Assembly (NCBI GenBank): GCA_012295275.1
Contig: CM022672.1
Span: 4,712,001 to 4,776,000 of the forward strand
Origin: Chrysomallon squamiferum
Lineage: Eukaryota > Animalia > Mollusca
DNA: 64,000 bases
Direction of reading: 5' to 3'
The notes under the pieces were generated by a model. It was not told the origin of the DNA, searched no databases, and saw nothing but the letters and a program-made list of their open reading frames with translations. Positions 14,757 through 26,588 of the stretch are shown here, piece after piece. The position numbers were made by a program, and so were the translations under genes. The stretch's first letter is position 1; each line of letters starts with the position of its first letter.

Positions 14757-15129
14757 TTTAAATCTTTACCTCAGTGTACTTCTGTAATGTAAACAAAAAA
14801 AAAAAAAAAAATACATAGCGTGTAAAAAGAGAAAAATCAAAAGTAGATTAGTGATACTAAATCTTATGAGAATCTCTAAATAGATTTTTTTTAAATCAGT
14901 CTATATAATGATAGTCAGTTACGAAAAAAAAAAAAGGTTTTTGTTCCCATGGCAACTAATTGATTTTTGATGATTTGGCCTAATTCTGACAGGAAATAGT
15001 TTCTTATTAGAAAGAAATAAAATAATTATAGGTTTAACAATGAAAGCTGTCATGGAGTCTGTCTCTCTCTTTTTTACTCCACTCCCTATTTCTGTGTTTC
15101 TCTCGATACACACACACACACACACACAC

Positions 15130-15164
<35 letters not shown>

Positions 15165-16285
15165 GCACGCACGCACGCACGCACACACACACATACAGTG
15201 TATTTATTTCTTTAGATCTCTATATGTCTGTGTTTCTCTGTGTGGTCTGTCACCTTTTCCTAAATCAAGGAAAAGTAGACTTTTGCCATTGTTGTTACTG
15301 AAGCAGTAACTGAAATAGTTGTTGTTGCTACAGCAATGGTAATAGTGGTCACAGTACTAGCATCAGTAATAATGGCAGTAATATCTGTTGTGTTATTGTA
15401 GAAATAGATGTAGTAATAGTAGTTGTAGCTCCTGTTTTGTTTTTATAAGTAGCTGCATGTCAGATTAAATAAGACATGTACTTAACTTTACAGGTGTCTT
15501 CTTAATATAACAAATCTTCGTTTACACAACGACCTAAAACAATATTTGCGTTTCAAACAGATTTGGTGATGATTATTTCTGATAGGTGAATATGCTCTCG
15601 CTTAATATTACTAAAGCAATGAAAAGATTCCGAGATTAAACACGTGCGTACTTTCGTTGGTGAGCACTGGGCGGAACTGGAAATAGGCACTGAAAAGTAT
15701 AGATTCTTGGTGTTTTTCACGATCTCTCTGAGCAGTGAACTACAACAGGTCTTCAACACGTAACGTTATATATATATATATATATAATGCTGTTTTCCAA
15801 CTTGTAAATTAAACTGGAAAATAACGCATGCAATACACGTCAATATATCACGTCATGTTGACGTAATAAAAATAGATAAACATAATGCAAGCATAATGAC
15901 GTGTTAGGTGATATTGGCAATAAAGCACGTAATCGTCACAAACATGTTAGCAGTAGAAGAATACACAAATAACGTCTAGTTAATATGACACCAAACAAAT
16001 GACAAACAAGTTTTCTAATAGATTGGATTTTTTTTAATTAATTTTTTTTTTTTTATTATTATTATTAAACACCTTCAGTTAATAATGTACGGCTGTGACA
16101 AATATGTATTTTTGTACAAGGCCCGTGACTTGGTGTTGCGAAAAACACTGTAACAAAATACAGCACATTACTGTTCATAACGTGAAACATTCAGTGATCA
16201 TGTTCAATAATTAAAAAAAAAAGAAACAAAACAATATGTACAATAAGAAAGATAATTACATTGGATGTTATGTAACTAGGAATAT

Positions 16286-16346
<61 letters not shown>

Positions 16347-17979
16347 TAATATTTATTCTTGTTAAAATATACCTGTATATTTTTATCTTATTCTTTTATT
16401 TTCTTAATACTAATGTTACGTAGATGTTCAAGCGAACACTAAAGATAACAAAAATCCGATGAAAGAGCAAATAAATTTTAATGATTTGTCATCAGAATCA
16501 CAGACGTACACATCGTAAAACAGTGAAATAAATAATGTTAAACCGACATTGAAAAATATGAAACTACTGTTTTAAATAACCATGAACACAATGTCATAAC
16601 GACATTGAACAAATACAAAACTGATTTAAATAAGCAGAATATTATTAATGCCCATATGACATTAGCAAACATGAATCAATAATAAAAAGTAAAAAGAAAG
16701 AAAGAAACAAAAAAAAAAACCATTTTTTTAAAAATATGAAATTGCTTGGAATAATCAGAACCATTATTACCGTCGTAACAGGAGAAAAAATAAAAATTAT
16801 TTCAAGTAGATAAAATTAAAATCTATCTGAAATCGACATAAAAAACGTATAACTATTTTACATAACCATGTCAGAATTGATGCCAGAAAAAAAAAAAATG
16901 TTTTATAAGTTAAATAATCACATAATACTGAAAACTGAATTAAAATTCATCTGATCAGTGTCGGAATATGAACATTCAAAATTAGAAAATTAACAACAAG
17001 AAACATAATTAAAGCCATAATCAATTTAAAAATGAGCAGAAAAAGTGAATTATATAATCAAGAAAATAAAATCAGAACTCTGAATAAAACAAGACACTGT
17101 ATCATAACATGTTAACATTAATAAAAAAGAAAAAATAATAATAATAATTAATGATCTGTAACAATAACAATATATATTTGGGAAAACAGCATGATGTATT
17201 TAAATATAATACAACCGTATATATCAAATTAAACTGTACATATATTTACACTGTGGGTTTCAAACCCGTACAGAAAAAAATATAAATAATTTGAACGAGT
17301 CAGTTATATGAAAAAATGACTGATCAGTGACGTCATCCGACTGTGACTAAACGTACAGGGTCAATACAGCGAACACTTTGTGGCTGAGAAAGGTAAAGCA
17401 ACAACCTTTCAAACCAAAAGAAAAAATCATTATAAGCCAATCGACTGTAGATGACGATGAAGATTGATAGCCCGCACTCATTGAGTAAACAGATTAGGTG
17501 GGAAAAAGAATTTAAAGTAAATCTGCACAGGTGCGAAAACATAGGCTAAATACATTTCCCATACGTTTATTCGTTTTCCTCGCAAGCAACCCTTTGTTAA
17601 TAATAAAGTATGACGAGACCGCAGTAGTGGCTGTTATTTACATTTCTTATCTACAGTATCATTATGTTTTGTGAAAGAAAGTTGTTTCTTTTCTTTTTAA
17701 AACAAAACATCGAATATCGTGCATAATGATTCACTTATTGTCGCTTGTCTTTGAGTAAATCACAATGTTTATATGGGTGGTTCTCAACTGGTATCTATTT
17801 TGACTCGTCTTGTCTGTATTCGGAATATATTTAGACTATGTTAACACAGCCAGAAGTACACCAGCTGGTTAAAAGAAAGAAATCAACAAATTCATATTCT
17901 TAAAAGTTGAACTGTTTGTAACAAGAATAAGTGGGAGAGGCAACCAACAACAGTTCGTGCAAATAACTTTAAATTTCAA

Positions 17980-18022
17980 TACATACATACACATGTATAC
18001 ACATACACACATAGCCATATAT

Positions 18023-18055
<33 letters not shown>

Positions 18056-18256
18056 CATACATTCATAAATACATGCACATAAATATACACACGCTTATAC
18101 ATACACACACACATACATATACACATAAATACATATACACATACACATACGTACACATTCATACAAATATTCCTTCATACATGCATGTACACACACATAC
18201 ATATATACAAAAACATACATTTATGCATACAAACACATACACACATGCATACATAT

Positions 18257-18300
<44 letters not shown>
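17980..18300. repeat. Compound (AC)n/(ACAT)n microsatellite
   Basis: Seen directly. Confidence 0.9.
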
Positions 18301-18303
<3 letters not shown>

Positions 18304-18761
18304 ACTTATGACGTAAAATTCACATAATTTAAAATCACAACTGTACATATTTTTTGTGCCTTAAACCTTAACTTTCAGTTATGTAACAAAGTCCATTAAA
18401 GTTATCCGACGTTCTTAAAAAAAAGAAAAAAAAAATAATGTTTTGAATAACGAAATCTGCCTCTTCTTATAAAGATATAATACATCTATCACAGATTCTA
18501 TAGATAAATAACAAAGTTATAATAATAATAATAATAATCATAATCATAACAATAATAGTATGTAAACAGAAAATTAGTATAATATTGGCGAATATAGAAT
18601 ACGAACCATTTTTGCAAGACCCTACAAAATGATAAACTTTCCAGACGTTAAAATAAAATGTTTTTCAATATACAGCTATTCATTAATTGGTATTAATACT
18701 TTCTATTAATCATTCACATTCACAAACACGTTTCTGATCGAGGCACTGGTGGAAACGAAGA

Positions 18762-19133
18762 GGTACGCTGAGTGACGCCATTTTTGTCCTATTTCTGAGC
18801 TTGTATGGAGTCGGAGTCGTTTACTTAGCAAAAAACAACAAAAAAAAACCCAGAAACGTTTTGTTGTACGACGTGTTTAAATAGCTTGTGAATTTTAGAC
18901 TGGTTTACCCTCCGAGCCTATACTGAGCTTCTTCAGAGACGTTTACTTAGCAAAACAAGAGTGAAAACCAGAAACATTTTATTATATATCGTTATCAAAC
19001 ATCTATAAATTTTGACTGGTAAATTAATATTTTTTTTAAAACGGTCGATGAAGAAATAAACGATAATGAATAATAATCAGCTTATGGCGTCTGCTTCGCG
19101 AGATCGGACTCGTTGACCTCAGCTCAGCGTACC
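18762..19133. mobile_element. Fold-back/MITE-like element with terminal inverted repeats and an internal ~125-bp duplication
   Basis: GGTACGCTGAG (18762-18772) pairs with CTCAGCGTACC (19123-19133); GACGCCAT (18774) pairs with ATGGCGTC (19084); direct repeat cgtttacttagcaaaa at about 18818 and 18940. Confidence 0.55.
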
Positions 19134-19320
19134 CTTAGTTCCTGAAATCATTTCCCTATCACAAGCACTCAGGAAAATTTAAATCTTACTACGTCACCGA
19201 AAACAGTAACTTTGTCATGCAGTATTGTGAATATCAGTATTTGAAACACAAACCTAGCCAATTTTTTTTATATATCCAGTAGGTTATTTTAAGGTAGCTA
19301 ATAATATTTGATTTTCGCTG

Positions 19321-19371
<51 letters not shown>

Positions 19372-19396
19372 TTAGAACTATTACTACATGTACTAC

Positions 19397-19436
<40 letters not shown>

Positions 19437-19470
19437 TAATAATGATAACAAAAATGGTAATGTTAACGGT

Positions 19471-20193
19471 TCAGTACGCCTGGAGCTGAGCCGCGTCTAT
19501 GGGACGGGACAGACTCCCACTGTACCTACAGTCCTTGGCGTTACCGCACAAACTTCGCTCCTCTAATCCCTGAGTCGACAGCGAAGCCGCGTCACACAGC
19601 GCCGCTGCGTCCGTTAAAACGCTGGGTTTCCCCACACAAACGTTCGACGGCGTCGTAGTTTCCTCCGCTTCGAACGGAACGGAGTCGGCCAGAGGAAGCC
19701 TGGCTCGAAAGTTCGAACAGCTTTTCGTCAGGCGCGGTTCCGGCATCGATCTCCGCCTGTTCATCTCCGCTTTCGACAGACTTCTGCACGAGACCGTCGC
19801 GCTCTCTCCGTCTTCGGCGAGCTTGCCCAGTTTGTGCACGACGAAAGAGACCGTTTCGCGCTTCGGAGACGACTTGAACATGAATCGGTTCGGTCCGCCG
19901 GCTTTCCGAGTGGGAGGCGGCGTGGCCGGCCGGTTCCGCCGTTTCCGGAAGAGTTCTTCGGGGCACGTGTTGGCACGTTGTCGCTGCTGCGGAATGACGA
20001 GGCCGCCCTCGCACAGCTCGACGCTGGCGGAGTTGCTGGGAACGGAGTAGTCTTCAACCATGATTTCAGGCAACTGAATCGAAAGTGCTGCTCCGTTCGT
20101 GGGATCGGAGTTCGCTCTCGGTCGGATTTCTTCGTTCACGGTCAAATACGTCGGAGATTTGGAATCCGGGGATAAACTTGGTTCTCGCGACAT
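19471..20193 (-). CDS. Uncharacterised 240-aa intrinsically disordered signalling-type protein (ORF2 of the tandem-ORF locus)
   Basis: Non-repetitive 723-nt ORF, sharply more GC-rich than its flanks, with ACAATG start context. Motifs RPRANSDP, RQRANTCP, PEIMVED, RRRSMP, RKRR. Confidence 0.8.
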   Translation of the reverse strand: MSREPSLSPDSKSPTYLTVNEEIRPRANSDPTNGAALSIQLPEIMVEDYSVPSNSASVELCEGGLVIPQQRQRANTCPEELFRKRRNRPATPPPTRKAGGPNRFMFKSSPKRETVSFVVHKLGKLAEDGESATVSCRSLSKAEMNRRRSMPEPRLTKSCSNFRARLPLADSVPFEAEETTTPSNVCVGKPSVLTDAAALCDAASLSTQGLEERSLCGNAKDCRYSGSLSRPIDAAQLQAY

Positions 20194-20607
20194 TGTTTTT
20201 TTTTTTTTTTTTCTGAATTGTCTTCCAAATGAATTTGTAATCAGCGAAACAAAAAGTAATTCACAAAATTACAACAACTGTCAGCAAGAAATCAGTTGTG
20301 GAAAAAAGAAAACGATATCTTGAGTTTACAAAGTCTTCTTTAGTCTGTTCTATGTATGGCAAAAGACCTTTTCGCAATAATCCGTTTTCATCCTGGACAT
20401 AAATAAATAAAAACAGATGTGTGGTGCTACAAGAAATCGGCTGCTGCTCTTTGACGTTGCTTCTGAAAAAACCCGCTGAAACTGACATTCGCTGTTAGTC
20501 ACAGTCAATTTATACTGTTGTCAAGTTCACAACGTTTCTCTCACTATTGGTCAGACTCACTCTCTCGACAAACGATCGATTCCCATCGATCCATCTAAAC
20601 TGGCCTG

Positions 20608-21066
20608 TTACGAATTGTCTGGTCGTTCAGCGCGGGAACCGCAGTGTTTACTTCTGTTAGCTGGCAAGCACGACTGTTGCTCGGAATTTCGGTCCGCCTC
20701 GTCGATTGATCGCTCACTATTTGTCATGCGCAGTTTTTCATATCCGGCCAGCTGCCGTTTGAATTTTTGCATGTGGTGTTGCTGGCTTTGTAGCTCTGTG
20801 TACTGCTGCTGTGACAAATGTCGTCGCAGTGCATCACAGCGTTGTTGTTCGTGCTGGTGGATTGTGGCGCAGTGTTTGGAAAATAAGTCAGACGGAAATG
20901 TTTTCGGCGTATTCTTCTTGGACGTTGACCTACAGACGGCTGACAGATCTGCTGGCGAGCATTGGTTGCTCAGTCTCGGAGCAATGTTTTCAAAGACTCT
21001 GTCGTTGTGGACAATACGACTGCTGTTGTCGTTTGAATGAGTAAATATCCCAACGTCATCCCCCAT
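20608..21066 (-). CDS. Uncharacterised 152-aa protein with a Q/H/R-rich coiled-coil-like segment (ORF1 of the tandem-ORF locus)
   Basis: Strong acceptor tttctttcagtttcAG| with exon start at 21093; AAAATGG start 27 nt later with in-frame stops upstream; elevated GC; non-repetitive ORF. Confidence 0.65.
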   Translation of the reverse strand: MGDDVGIFTHSNDNSSRIVHNDRVFENIAPRLSNQCSPADLSAVCRSTSKKNTPKTFPSDLFSKHCATIHQHEQQRCDALRRHLSQQQYTELQSQQHHMQKFKRQLAGYEKLRMTNSERSIDEADRNSEQQSCLPANRSKHCGSRAERPDNS

Positions 21067-22059
21067 TTTCCAACAGAATTATTAACTGATCACCTGAAAC
21101 TGAAAGAAACAATGATGTACACACACATACACACACACACATATATATATATATATACACACACAAAGACACAATAATACATTAATAATAATGAAACCAT
21201 TTTCAAATCGCGTGCATATTTACATTCATAAATGCATTAAATAAGTCAAATCATGTCCGGTTGTAAATTCAGCGATCATTTATTGAGTTACTTATTTATT
21301 TTCTTATGTATGATTTAATTTGATTGCTTATTTTATTTTAAATTGTGTGTATTATCATTATTATTGTTGTTGTTGTTTTTGTAATTGTTGTGGTTATCAT
21401 CTTGGAACATGCTATGAATACTTAACTTCTTTTCTTCAGCCATATCATTATCTTTAGGCAAAATTATTTGATTTCCTGAATGTAATCAAGTCGCCATTGC
21501 TTCCATTGGGTAGCGGTTTTCTAACCATATTATGCATTTCTATTCACAAGTTAAAAACACGTATATGCATACTCAAACACGTTTTTTTTTTTTTTTTAAC
21601 TGCCCACTGAATAAGACCAGCATCTGTCGTGTAATGCGCACATTCTGATCACAGAAGTAACCAATCTGTTATGTAATTTGCATAAACGTCCTTCCCAGTT
21701 TTATTTATTTCTGTTTCTGATAATCTCGTCGTTGCGTAAACCTGTCTCCCAACATGGTGAACAAATTAACCGAGTTCGTGCGATGTCGAACTGACCAGTC
21801 ATAACTTAACTTGTTTCTGTTATGGTGGTCATCTGATGTCCACGCATTCACATAACGAATATGTGAACGAAACCAGTCCCCACCAGAACAAAGTTCTTGG
21901 TTAATAATTAGCTTTATTCTTTAAATATGTCTCTTTCAAATGCATATTTAGTTTTCAAAGACAAAATACACAAGATCCAGAGTAATGTGTAGAGTTTATT
22001 TGAAGGTGATTTATGTAGAAACTGAAACTGATTATTCTTTAACCGTCATCAAATGAATT

Positions 22060-22208
<149 letters not shown>

Positions 22209-23498
22209 TCTGTTTCACATGTATTTCTTTTCTCATACACACATAATCAAATTAATATCGTTTTGCACTAACTGCTTTGAAAACGTATCAAACGTGCAGC
22301 TAGCAGTGTTGTTCTGTGAACTAACGTGTAAGACGCGTTTACTCTAACCAGTGAACTACAACATTAAAAGGCTAGTCATTAAACACGTTACGTTGTGCCT
22401 GCTGACATTTTACATCAATAACAAAGATTATTACTGAACAGGCGAACATAACAACTGATAAGGAAGTTAATAACGTAAAGTAAATACTTAAAATAGTTTT
22501 GAAAAGATAGTGTAATTATAATCATATTTCAGAAGAGTTTGAAGCTAATTTCAACTTACTTTTCAATTATAATGCTTCATTTATAGACTCGAAGAAAGAG
22601 TAATTTATTTTTTTCAGTTTATTATGGATCCTGAAGTTCCCTCCATTTGCTTATTTTTGCATTCATCTGAAACTGTTTATTCAACGGTCGTTCTGATAAT
22701 TATATCAATCGCTGGATCGGGTAACAACATTAAAGCATCACAAAATAGTCTTTGTGTCACGAAAAAAAACCCTCTAATTTCCATAAATAAGGTGACGGGA
22801 TTTTTTTCGCCCGATAAATTTGATTTTCGTTTCGTAATGAAGTTATCTCAAATGATCGAAATCCGTGTGACCGCAGTGATATGTTATGTCAGCAGTTCGG
22901 TAAACCAAAGCGAATCCCAGAGAAAAACGTAGTTCCCAAATGTCGGGCATTATTTTCCCTCGCGTTCTTATCTGGCACAAGTCTTGTTATAAATCAGAAT
23001 TAGTAAATTAGAAAACAGTCGTGCTCAGTCTAGCTTGAAAGTGTGAGACTCTTAATCGATACTCTATTTTCTAAAAGAAGAATTTTGTTTGCATAATATT
23101 AAACGGTAGCCTGTATTTTAAACGAGTCGGAAAATCACAGATTAATATTTATTTGTTTCGTTTATCTGTTCTTCTTCTTTCTATTATTATTATTATTATT
23201 ATTATTATTGTTGTTGTTGTTGTTGTTGTTTTTCGCAAAGTATAGCAAAACATCAAAACACTGCAAAACAACTGGTGCCGTGGACAATGGGATCAAATAC
23301 TCCAATCCGTGTCCATCGTCCGATTTGACAAAGACAGTGATGTGTGCTTGTATAGCATTAGAAAAATAAATATAACGATTCCCATACTAATTGTCGGTGG
23401 CAATAGGCCCAGGCATAGTTGTTGTTTTGTTGTTTACTTTTGTCTGAAATTGTCGTTTCAAAATAACATTAGTGTTACTTAATAACCATTAAGACTTA

Positions 23499-23499
<1 letters not shown>

Positions 23500-23546
<47 letters not shown>

Positions 23547-23682
23547 GAAACAGCCAACAACGATAATGATGATGATGATAAAGATGATGGTGAAGATATA
23601 ATAATAATAAAAATAAAAGGAACAATATTTAATAATGATAGTGATGATGATGTTGATATAATAATAATAATAATGATAATAA

Positions 23683-23754
<72 letters not shown>

Positions 23755-23755
23755 C
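23500..23755. repeat. (AAT)n/(GAT)n microsatellite cluster
   Basis: Seen directly. Confidence 0.95.
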
Positions 23756-24398
23756 CATTTCAGCTTATTTAGGTAGATACTATTCTGTGTAAAAATAAAA
23801 AAAAAAGAAGTTGTCAGTATTAAGAAAACGAATTCAAACAGAGCATTGGATAAATCGATTGTGATACGTTAATGTGACAGGAAAATAACTAAATGTGACA
23901 CAAGTCACGAGCTGACATAATTCTGCTTGAAGAAGGAAAAGTAAACATTTCGTAAACAGTAGACAACCATTACTTCTTGATTTTTTTTTTTTTTTTTTTA
24001 TAGTTATTATAATGGAGATGATGATAACGATGATGATTGTCATTACCATTATCATTATTTATTAGCGATTCAGGTTATGATGAAGTAATTAATCAGTCAA
24101 TCGAAAAATTGTTTCAGAATTACGAATAATTTCTTTTTTTAATTGTCATTATTACGTCTTTACAATTTTGTTTTATTTTGTTGATATGTAGTCGTGGAAA
24201 CGGTTTAAACGGTGACTTGGAAGAAACATTCACGCCACTCGTTCACCGAATCAAGATTTATTTCAGCAAGAAACAATATCTTAGAAGCATGGAAATCGAA
24301 TTAGACTATTTTACTTGTTCCACCGAAGATTCACACTTTAACAACGATTAATAACAATCCCCTTGATTTATTTAATTACATATTTAAAAAATACATAC

Positions 24399-24720
24399 CT
24401 TTATCTTCATAAACGATTATCCTGACTGCAGATTTTCGAAAAAGAAATTCGCAATACCGCACTTTTTGTTTTTTTTTCCTTTTTAAGTACAGTTGTGAAT
24501 AGTTTGATAAATTTGTAATTTTTTTTTTTTTTAATTTAATTATTATTATTATTATTATTATTATTATAATTATTCTGTTAATTTTAACTCAACTAGTAAC
24601 GTCTCTTTGTCACACAAACTCAAAAAGCGTTCTGAATTTGCGTACAATAAAACGTTTGTTATCAGAGTCAAACATTTCATTTCGTTCGGTTCACTATAGC
24701 TCTGTAAACTTTGCTCGAGA
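24399..24720 (-). other. Candidate non-coding upstream exon of the tandem-ORF gene
   Basis: Consensus donor AAG|GTATGT with exon end at 24399. The upstream boundary is a guess. Confidence 0.4.
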
Positions 24721-25072
24721 AAAAAAAAAAAAAAAAAAAAAAAAATCCTCAGTAATGAACAATGCCACTGTTTGAAAGGTAATGAAATCGTGAATAGATT
24801 GCTTCGTTCATTAACCCGCTAATCAAATAAAACGAAAACATTTGACAGACTGGTTACGATACGAATGAAGTTAAACAGATTTAAATGTTTCTCGATGTTG
24901 ATAACTGTTTTGTGTGATTGGGTTGTTTTTGTTTGTTTTGTTGGGGGGGGGTTAAGCTGAAAATGGTGAAAGGTATTTGTTGAGATATTGGGTCTGGAAT
25001 GAGAAATTATTGTAAATGTTGGAAGGAAAATGAAAAATGTCAGCTGAAAAAACCGTCAGATAACAAATCTGA

Positions 25073-25076
<4 letters not shown>

Positions 25077-25155
<79 letters not shown>
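25077..25155. repeat. (AG)n microsatellite
   Basis: Seen directly. Confidence 0.97.
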
Positions 25156-25157
<2 letters not shown>

Positions 25158-26449
25158 CGGAGTCACAAAAATAGACAGAAACACATATTAGAGTCACTGA
25201 GATAGAAAAAGAGAAAAGCCTTTCAGAGGAAAAGGTCTCTTATCAGAATTTTTATTTCTGCTTTTTTCAATATAACTGTGCAAACTTTGTCGAGATAACA
25301 TTTGCGTAATCAACCAAGCCATTGCCTGGAAGGTAATAATATTGTGAATAAACGTGTTTGCTGCATTAACATGATAAACCTGTCTCAGGGAAATAAAAAA
25401 AAAAGACGAGTCCATAACAAGCGTTCTTCGACATTTTTGTGATGAAATCAGGTTCCTAACCACCTACACCTAAACTGTGATAATCTAATAAAATCACAGT
25501 TGACAGGCATGCTGATAGGAAAATCAAGTCACACAAGCTGATTTCAAGGTTTTAGTTGATAAAGAAAGGTGGGTTTGCTTGAAGGATTGGTTTGTTTTGA
25601 TCTCGGTAAAAAGAACAAAGGTTGGTGTTTGGTTCGTTGGATAACCTTGGCTGCAGAAATATTGCAAAAGAATGAAAAAAAAAAAAAAAAAAAAAAAAAA
25701 CCCCAAAGAATCTAAAGAAAAAAAGATGGTTAGAAAGAATAATTTATAAACAAAAATAAATATAATTAAAAAGTACAAAAAAAAAAAAAAAAAAAAAAAA
25801 AAAAGAATCGGTGAAAAGATTCGAATTTAAGAGGACTGAGAGAGAAAAAAAAAAAATACAAAACAAAACACACACACAAGACTGGATCGTAAACGTAGGC
25901 ATATATATAATAATATAAAAAATGTAAAGACAAAAAGAATGAAAAGAAAAGATAAAATAAAATAAAAAGTAAGATATATATGGAAAGAAAGAAAATCACA
26001 AACTGAATTTCATAAAGCGAAACGGATTGGAGACAAACATGAAATAAAATATATTAAATAAGTCAGGCGGGATAACTGCACAAACTACTCACAAATAACG
26101 TTAGGAATTATGAATCGCATTTAGGAAGAATCTTCAGTATTATGATTAGTTTATAAAAGGCAGTGGTATCCGCTTTCCTAACTGTTGGAAGATGTATTTA
26201 AAAATGCCTTACAAGAAATTAAAGGGGGAAAAAAAATGTCCTGGCTAATAGCAGGTTTGCTCTCTGTTATCTACATCGATTATCTCCCATTAGTCATATG
26301 CATATTTGTCAGATTCGAACTTGACGACCTCTATGTGATGACGTAAGATTAAAACAGTGTGGACTGCTTATTTGGAATTAAGAAATTTGACAATAAATGT
26401 TTTTGTTTCCAAACTGGCGTTATAAAAATTACTTATACACAATATAGGA

Positions 26450-26519
<70 letters not shown>

Positions 26520-26588
26520 TTTTATTATTTTGTTTATTATTTTATTTTTTTATTTTTTTGAGAATTGAAATGTTTTAAGTCCAAAATA

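Noticed and set aside
16200-17650. Pumilio elements and AREs in the presumed 3' UTR
   Set aside because: Counts not clearly above chance at this AT content.
19592-20323. Overlapping and antisense ORFs over ORF2
   Set aside because: Expected shadow ORFs in GC-rich coding DNA; no independent signals.
20261-20488. 75-aa middle ORF as a third gene
   Set aside because: Weak start context and UTR-like composition; kept only as a possible uORF of ORF2.
20615-21044. Cys-rich plus-strand ORFs (141 and 77 aa)
   Set aside because: Antisense shadow of the CAG/CAC/CAA-rich ORF1; no ATG or splice support.
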